DNA of 64,000 bases. It comes from Macrostomum lignano. Lineage: Eukaryota. Location: contig NIVC01001497.1 of the NCBI GenBank assembly GCA_002269645.1, forward strand, positions 62,001-126,000. The letters are read 5' to 3'. The position numbers were made by a program, and so were the translations under genes. The number at the start of each line of letters is the position of its first letter. Positions within the stretch are counted from its first letter, which is position 1. A model generated the notes under the pieces. The model worked only from the letters and a program-made list of their open reading frames with translations, searched no databases and was not told the origin of the DNA. Positions 56,655 to 64,000 of this stretch are shown here, piece by piece.

Positions 56655-59053
56655 TGGGGTAATTCTTAACAAAAATTTGGCTTCTTAACAATAGAAAACA
56701 ACTTGGCTCTGCTGTTAATTTATATACACAGGTCGGTGAACAACATCAATAATAATAAAAGGTGACTGTCGGTACAAGATTAAACAAACCAGATTAAACC
56801 TGTTCTGGCGGCAACGGAATCGGCTGCATAACTGCAAATCCATGGCTGTAACTCCGTCACGTGTGGCGCGCACCTGCATGGAAATTGATAAGATATTCCT
56901 GTGCTTACTGGCTTGCTTGCATTGTGAGAAAATTCACAATGAGCGTTGATTTTATTAAACAACATTGTATGGAACTTTTATCAGTTCCAGTGAGCTCAGT
57001 TTTAGAGATTTGCTCACAGCCGAACCGAAATGAGCTTGTTGAGTAGTTCCCGACGCCCCCAGGCTCGCGCTAAGAACGAAAATTGATTGAATAATTTCAA
57101 TTGCATCGCCCTTTAGTACAATAAGTAGAAGTGCTGACCTTCCCCGAGACAATTTTGCTTTGAGTTTCTATCCGCCAAGTTTTGCGACAAATTTCTAGCT
57201 TGGTTACCGTCCAGATCGTATACAACGTTTTTAATGGCAAGGTCGGATATTAGGCTCTCTCTTAGTCACTGGTGCAGTGACTAGGTTACAGCCTGTCTGT
57301 CAACTTGCTTTTCATTTAGCATTAGAAACTGTCACAGAAAGTGCCACGTAAAAAAAGTTGCGGACTCTCGAGAAGCCAAATCCGCAGCATTATTTTTATG
57401 CGGTTCATTTTACTATATATAGCTTTTTGCGTTCAATTTAAGATCGCGCTGAGTTGAAATAACAATTTAACTGACAGACAGATCGCAGGATGGATCGAAC
57501 AGCGATCAGAGATGAAACGTCTCTAACATGAACAAAGGCAAAGTCTATGGTTCTCAAAGCGAACGCTACTTTTCTTGAATTGAATGCAAAAACGGTTTTG
57601 GCCCACAGCGACACCCCCATTTTTTACCATAGACATCTCTGCCAGCCGCCACTTGCAGCTAATGTGGCCATGCTCACTTCAAATTCTTAAATTGAATGCA
57701 AATTTTATGAACTTGAACGCAAAAAAAACTGTATTAATCGCTGTGCGCCCGAGGATTTGCCATTGACGCCCGCAAAGCATGGGCATTACTGTTATTATAG
57801 TTAGCCTAGGCGTGTTGAAACGGGGAGAAACGCACGGCATCCCGCCCGCTGCAATAATCTATGGCCAACTTCAATAAGTAAAAAAACTCGAATGCATATA
57901 CTGTAAGTATCTAGTTAATGTTTCTACAACTTGTATATTTTAAAAGTAAAGCTTAGTGCTGCTTAACAATTCTTAGTATCAGTTACTATTTTTTCAATTC
58001 GCAAAATAAGGAGTTTTGGCCATAGGCAATTTTTTGATTTCATTATTTCTTTCTTTGTCTTGTGTGCTGGTGTGCTAATGTGGGGGCTCCGCCCCCACAC
58101 CCCCGTCCACCCACACCTCCTAAACCGACTAAATGCATTGGAGTAAATGGGATTTTACCATAGACAGTCTCAGCGGGCCGTGAAACCGACTGAATGCATT
58201 GGAGTAAATGGGATTTTACCATAGACAGTCTCAGCGGCCCCTGAAACGCGTTTTCACGCCCGCTAACTATAACACTAATATGGATGGGCCGCATCGGGCA
58301 GAAACGAGCTAACACTCCTCGGCGCTATTGTGCCATAGACGCAGATCAAGGCTGCGAGAGAAGGAATGGAAGAGCGGGTGCAGGAGCTAAGTTTCAACCA
58401 TAGACACTTCCATTTGATGAAAACGAAGCTTTTCACGCAGCACTGCAGTCTATAGAAACAAAAGTTGCAGCACAGTATAAAAGAGATTGAACCAGCAATT
58501 TTTCAGGCATTAAAATTTCGTTCGAATCGAATTTCGTTCGATTCATGCGAGCTTGACTGTAGTCCACGCTCGTATGGTTTTTATGGGCTTGATTAAGCGC
58601 CTGCCGGGCAAAAGGTTATTGTGCAATTATACAATATCGATGCTTCTTTAGGTGCAACAATTAAATTACAGATTTGCCAGCTCGTACACCCAAAGATTAG
58701 TGCACTGGACATCTAGTCGGAGACATAGTGCGTATCTCTCTGCAAGATCAGTCAGTCCCTGTGGGTTTTACAATCCATCAGCTGGATCGCGATTCGCTAA
58801 AACACAGGCGCGAGAGAGCATATTAATGCGCTTTTAGCCTAACTTGTCAAATGTACACCGCCTACCAAACTCTGCGATTCTGTACAAGCTCTGCGCCCGC
58901 CCAAGTTCTGTCTGTCTGTATCTCTCTCTCCCCCTATCCTTTCTTTGCTCAGTAATGCGTGACCCTGCAGATAGTAGGCAAAAATAGAGAGAAAGCGCGA
59001 ATCGTCGGAGAAGCATTTGAAAGCCACCAGTAGAGCTGCCCAGAGTGCCCGAG

Positions 59054-59971
59054 ATGGAGCCAGTACTGGACGCCAGCGGTCAGCCCATCAGCGGCATCGT
59101 CCACACGCCGGATGCTGAGGGTGTCACGGTGAAGAATCGCCTATGGCGCGGCTACTACGTGTCGGACTTTCCCGAGGCCGAGGTGCGCATGGACAGGCTG
59201 TGCGAGTTCAGCCCCAGGCCCGACGACGTGTTCATCTACGCTTATTTAAAGTGCGGCACCCACTGGCTGCACGAGATCTGTCACTTCCTGCTGACTGGCC
59301 AGGCCGAGGTCCGGCCGCAACCCAAGGAGCTGGCCATGGTTGAGGCGGTCGACCTTGAGGATTTAGATAAGATCCCATCGCCTCGAGTGCTCAATTGTCA
59401 CATGCGCTGCTCAATCCTGCCGCAGCGGCTGGTCGCTGGCAACAAAATTATCTACGTTGTGCGCAATCCCAAGGACACGGCCGTCTCGCTGTACCATCAC
59501 GTGGCGGGCATAGACGACTACGAGTACAAGGGAAGCTTCAAAGGGTTCCTGGGCCTGTTCGAGAACGGCACCATGGACGCTGGGTCTTGGTTCAGTCATA
59601 CCCGAGACTTCCTGACCGCCATGGCCCGAGAAGGCGGCGGCAACATCCTCATGGTGGAGTTCGAGCGGCTGAAACGGGACCCGGAGTCTCAGATCCGGCG
59701 CATCGCCAGGTTCCTGCTCGACATAGACATCTCGGACAGTCTGCTGACCGCCATCTGCGAGAAGGTGTCCTTCAAGAGCATGCAGAAAGCGCGCAGCAAC
59801 GATTTCAAAGAGTTCTTCAACGAGCGGGCCAGCCAACACGGCTTCTACCGCAAGGGAGAGGTCGGCGATTGGAGGAACTACTTTGATGAGGAGTCCAGCC
59901 TCCGCATTGATCGTCTGTGCGCCGAGGCTCTGGCTGGCTTTGAGCACCTCTATCAGCCCATTTACGAGTGA
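59054..59971 (+). CDS. Cytosolic sulfotransferase (SULT1/2-like), single coding exon
   Basis: PAPS loop YLKCGTHW, PSPRVLNCH, KIIYVVRNPKDTAVSLYH, GSWFSH, FYRKGEVGDWRNYF. ATG at 59054; the ORF track starts at GTG 59045. Confidence 0.93.
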   Translation: MEPVLDASGQPISGIVHTPDAEGVTVKNRLWRGYYVSDFPEAEVRMDRLCEFSPRPDDVFIYAYLKCGTHWLHEICHFLLTGQAEVRPQPKELAMVEAVDLEDLDKIPSPRVLNCHMRCSILPQRLVAGNKIIYVVRNPKDTAVSLYHHVAGIDDYEYKGSFKGFLGLFENGTMDAGSWFSHTRDFLTAMAREGGGNILMVEFERLKRDPESQIRRIARFLLDIDISDSLLTAICEKVSFKSMQKARSNDFKEFFNERASQHGFYRKGEVGDWRNYFDEESSLRIDRLCAEALAGFEHLYQPIYE

Positions 59972-60969
59972 CAGAGGCTAACTTTATTAAAACTACCGTC
60001 CCTTTGCTCGAATTTTAGTAATAACAAAATAATTATTGAATCATTGAACGCATTAAAGAAATGCTTGTCTTAGAAATATCATCGCAAGGATTAAACTTTT
60101 CTTCGGTACTATACTTCAGTCATTAAACAACATTTGCCTCTGCCTGTGCCAACTATTCTAAATAATTGGTGGCAGCAAGCCACATGGGACTGGTCGAGTT
60201 GCCACTCATTACCTGGCATCAGCTGAGAGTGCTCAAACTTCACGTCTAGCATGGCCGGGTAGGTAATTAATTTAGACAGACACTTCAGCCGTCATTGTTA
60301 AAACTCGCTTGCGCAGAAAAAAGGAAAAAATAAGAACTATTAACAAATTAAGCAAGGCCTAAACTTAGCAATACCTGTTTGCTTTCGAACCACCCGCCAA
60401 GGCGGAGTTTTCCTTTTTCGTGGGAAAATTTCTCAGTGAGATCCTTCGCGTCAGGCCGAGAGTTCATTTGCACTTTTATTTCCAAGCAAGCTGCAGTTGC
60501 GTGCGTTTCCTGGGAAGAGAAGAGGGAATAGATAAGGCTACAATTCGAAATAGCTACAACTTCTGTGAATACAAACCGTTGAGCACCGCTTAAGACTGGC
60601 TGACTGAATCATCTATGCTGTTGGTTTCTCCATAGCAACTATCGGCAGAACCTTCGTACGTAAAAATTATTGAATTGTATAACTATATATGAAATTAAAA
60701 ACTAGGAAGATCTAATTTTATTTCTATATCGCAACTGCTCAACAGAACCACTTTTTATCAAGGGCTTCTTCTATAAGAGTTACAAAAGTAGAATTACAGT
60801 AAAAAGTTTATATAAACCTATTAGACAAAGAAATTCGCAACTTCCTAAAGTTTTGGCACTATAATACTTGGCTCCTAAAGCTATGCTATACAAAAAGAAT
60901 GTTATTACTACTCAAATGTACTTCAAACTACAAAGCAAGTCTGTGTCTGTTTGTTAGTCTGCCACTGAA

Positions 60970-61746
60970 TCAGCGCTGCGCTTGCAGGTTGTCCCTGCAC
61001 ACTTCGTCCCAGTCAGGCCACACGGCCGCTTTCACCCTGTCAGCGTAGTCGCTCAGATTCCTGGCCCTCTCCATGATGAAGCTCTTGTGCGGGTAGTCAA
61101 TGGGCAGGTAAAGAATCTGAGCCAGGTGAGCGAACGCGCTGGCGTCCACGGTGGACAGCTGGTCTCCCAGCATGTACTTCTTGTTGCCAAGTAGCACGGA
61201 CAGAGCCAGGAGGTCGTCGCAGCCGATCTGGTAGATCTCCTCAGGCGAGTTCCTGCCGATCCCGTGCTCAGTCAGCCTGCGCTTCGACAGCGTAGGCATG
61301 AACGCAGTGAACATCTTCGCCTGCCAGGCGGGCAGGAACTCCATCAGCGCGATGGTCTCACGGATTCGCTCCACGTAGCGGTAGTAGGCGTAGGAGAAAA
61401 CAGTCCGATTGTCCAGCACCACGGAGATCACCCTGCCCAGGGCCTGCTGCTCAGCGTTGAGCTCGTCAGCTTTGTCGAATTCCTTAGTTAAGAACTGGAT
61501 GACCAGGGTGGACTCGTTGTACTCCTTGCCGTTGTACTCAATGAAAGGAATCTGACCTTTGGAGCTGCTGTTCTCAAGCGCCCTGATGGTTTTGTGCGGA
61601 ATCTGCTTGATGCGCAGCCAGGTCTCCAGTTTGAGCCCGAACGGGGACGCCGAGACGCAGGTCCGCAGGCTGGGAAAGTTGAACGCGTACACCATGCCTT
61701 CGTCGAAGTTTTCAACCTTCAATTTGCTCGAACTGCTGCCTCCCAT
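60970..61746 (-). CDS. fax-like: Failed-axon-connections (FAX)/metaxin-like GST-fold protein, 258 aa
   Basis: SPFGLKLETWLR, SSKGQIPFIEYNG...EST, LLGNKKYMLGDQLSTVDASAFAHLAQ. The N-terminal MGGSSS fits an N-myristoylation consensus. Confidence 0.88.
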   Translation of the reverse strand: MGGSSSSKLKVENFDEGMVYAFNFPSLRTCVSASPFGLKLETWLRIKQIPHKTIRALENSSSKGQIPFIEYNGKEYNESTLVIQFLTKEFDKADELNAEQQALGRVISVVLDNRTVFSYAYYRYVERIRETIALMEFLPAWQAKMFTAFMPTLSKRRLTEHGIGRNSPEEIYQIGCDDLLALSVLLGNKKYMLGDQLSTVDASAFAHLAQILYLPIDYPHKSFIMERARNLSDYADRVKAAVWPDWDEVCRDNLQAQR

Positions 61747-62342
61747 GCCTGTAGTTGATTGGAGATAATTTGCTGCTTAGACAATTCTACTGAGCGGTTT
61801 GGATTGTCAACTCTGCTTCAGTCTCTGCTCTTAGCCTTCTCTTTTTTTCTACCTCTGTCGCACTACCAGCCACTCTTGGGGCAGGCAAAAGCATTTAGTT
61901 CATAGAAAACTGTATAGCCAGGCAAATTCTAAAAAATATATGCATTTCGTTTCACACCGCAAGGTCTGACCTCGTTTGAGAGTGCGCTAAGGCCTCGCTG
62001 ATAGCATGTACACTAACGATGAGAACAACATACTTACAATTGTCTGTCCCTAGCGTGAGAGACACCTGAGAGAATAATTTCGTTCTCACCGCAACAGATT
62101 AGGCCATAATTCGAGCCGTAAATTGTCTGATAAATTTCTTTTCAAATTTCTCAGGCTCATGTCTGGTTAAAGAGATAGTTGAGAACTTTTGCTCTACTTT
62201 GAATTGCATATTTACTGATAATAAATGGATATCTTTTTCAAATATGATTACATCAATAATTTTAGTTTATTTACGGGGAGGCAACAAAGAAAAAATGTTT
62301 GAATAAACAACGATTACATGTAGCTTATGGCCTTCATGTATA

Positions 62343-62796
62343 TACTCAGCAACAGCTAAACCCCCCCCCCAACTCACGCTGTCACACGGGCACAAAAGTT
62401 AAGCAATGTCTTTAATTCTAGTCTCAGGATCGTGTGTAGGAACCACGAGCATGCAAAAGTGCCGTGACTCGTCGTGGCATCCTGATCACCAGCCGGTTGA
62501 TGAACTCTTGGGGCAGCTGCTGCCAGGCATTCAGCACCGCCAGTCGCAACTGTTCAGCATTCTGTGGGGCATCCTGCTGAACTCTTCGCTTTACAAAGTC
62601 CCAGACATGCTCGATGGGGTTCATGTCTGGAGACTTTGAGTTGCGCCACCCCCTCCCCAAATCCCCCATGCCGCACTTTGCGCTCGCGTCTGGCAGCGGC
62701 AGCCTTCACACATTTCTGAGTTACCGATGGCATACAAAACTTTTGGGCCGTGTGACAGCGTGAGTTGGGGGGGGGGGGTTTAGCTGTTGCTGAGTA
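62343..62796 (-). mobile_element. Internally deleted Tc1/mariner element (454 bp) with ~60-bp TIRs and TA target-site duplication
   Basis: TIR TACTCAGCAACAGCTAAA(C)nAACTCACGCTGTCACACGG at 62343 and its reverse complement ending at 62796, with TA on both flanks. Internal fragment SPDMNPIEHVWD...MPRRVTALLHARGSYT is the Tc1 transposase C-terminus. Confidence 0.88.
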
Positions 62797-63576
62797 TAGT
62801 CACCTGTTTAAAGCAAAAAGTATTTTCCCTGAAAACTTGATATCTAGCCTATGAGACATCAGTACCCCCGTGAGCTTTTGGCATCAAAGCCTCTCTTTGA
62901 GCCGTGGCCTAACCCTGACTCTCCCATTGATGCTTGGCCTATCCACCAACAACTCCCAATTGACTGCTTCAATTTTCGTTTACGGAGCTTTATCCAGGCA
63001 TGCTCCAGGTCACCTTCGCTCCAAAATATTCCCCCATCCTATTAGAACTCAGTACTGGTAGGTAACTTCTCCGAGTTGTTTAACACACTTTTGAGCGGCC
63101 ATTATTTCACACTTTTAATTTGATTTGATTGGATGAGAGATGGGGTGGGTGAACTGATCGGTCACTTGGGCAGAGAGTATGATGTACATTGCTTACACTT
63201 GGCGAGGGACAGCTGAATTGACAATCAGATAAGATAATTGGCGACTCCATAACTTAGTAATAAATTTATAATTAGCTTAATAAAATCCGAGCAGTATGGA
63301 GTCGCTGAATGGTGCAATAATTACCGCTTGGACTTGTCATTGTGTCTGGATAAAAGTTCTTCGCAATGTCTATCCAACTCAGATTTACACGTACGTACGT
63401 AGTTGTACTCTACCGGGCAAAGAGTCGGCCTGACTTTATTGCGCAACCCAGCTGGTAAGGGTTGAGATAGAAATGAAAAGGGAGACCTAGTCTGCGATAC
63501 AACTAGTGTCTTGAGTGACAGGTGCAGGACAACTACAGTACATCTGACTGAAGCCAGAGAGCCGACAAGCCGACAC

Positions 63577-64000
63577 ATGCCATCGAACTCGTTCCCGTTG
63601 ATCCGCCTGCCGCGCTACTGCCTGAACAACTGGCAGCTGGTGACCGCCGCCATCCTGCTGCTGTTGGCCAACATCGGCATGTCGATGTGGGCCTTCATTG
63701 AATGCAGCAACTTCGACAAGCTGCTGCTGGCCGCCAAGATGACCGGCCGGCCGCTGAACCTGGACTGCAGCATCGTGTTGGTGTTTGTGCTGCGCAAGAC
63801 TTTCTCAGCTTGCCGGCGATGGCGAATCAGCCGACTGCTGCCCATTGAGCAGAGCATTCGCTTGCACAGCCTCACCGGCTGCCTCATCTGCGTGCTCGGG
63901 CTGGCGCACTCGCTTGTGCACATCGTCCGCACCGGCCTGCTGCTGTCTAGCGGCGGCCTGGCCTGCTCACCGGTCGCCGCCTACCTGGGCACCTGTCTGC
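63577..64000 (+). CDS. NOX5-like: NOX5-like NADPH oxidase transmembrane (ferric-reductase) region, partial, runs off the window
   Basis: AKMTGRPLNLDCSIVLVFVLRK...RLLPIEQSIRLHSLTG......AHSLVH matches the NOX5 TM pattern, with two heme-ligand His (H..12..H). Not in the ORF track because there is no stop inside the window; the start is uncertain. Confidence 0.82.
   Translation, partial: MPSNSFPLIRLPRYCLNNWQLVTAAILLLLANIGMSMWAFIECSNFDKLLLAAKMTGRPLNLDCSIVLVFVLRKTFSACRRWRISRLLPIEQSIRLHSLTGCLICVLGLAHSLVHIVRTGLLLSSGGLACSPVAAYLGTCL

Overview
Eukaryotic (animal) genomic DNA, not prokaryotic. GC-rich exons are separated by AT-rich spacers and by introns largely filled with tandem repeats. The style and gene content suggest a free-living flatworm such as Macrostomum; this is an inference and was not checked. 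I reconstructed 13 protein-coding genes by hand from GT-AG junctions with phase checks: an ALDH3-family aldehyde dehydrogenase (4 exons, C-terminal CaaX), AGGF1 (3 exons), an intronless DEG/ENaC channel, a 163-aa Cys-rich single-TM protein, a 159-aa protein with a C2HC-like zinc finger, a divergent opsin (3 exons), a group III secreted PLA2 missed by the ORF track (3 exons, 5' end unresolved), a secreted C-type-lectin/PAN-like protein, a non-alpha nicotinic receptor subunit (7 exons), MIOX (3 exons), a cytosolic sulfotransferase, a FAX/GST-like protein, and a NOX5-like oxidase running off the window end. There are also tRNA-derived SINEs, a 454-bp internally deleted Tc1/mariner element and more than 20 tandem arrays; most long ORFs in the supplied track are artefacts of these arrays. 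The most striking pattern is tandem arrays seeded on exon boundaries. The opsin 5' splice site is copied 22 extra times in a 134-bp array, the ALDH donor is copied in a 21-bp array, and one MIOX intron is just GTAAG-(TAC)43-TTCAG. The opsin keeps the retinal lysine but lacks both canonical counterions and NPxxY. No CRISPR array, rRNA or confident genuine tRNA was seen.
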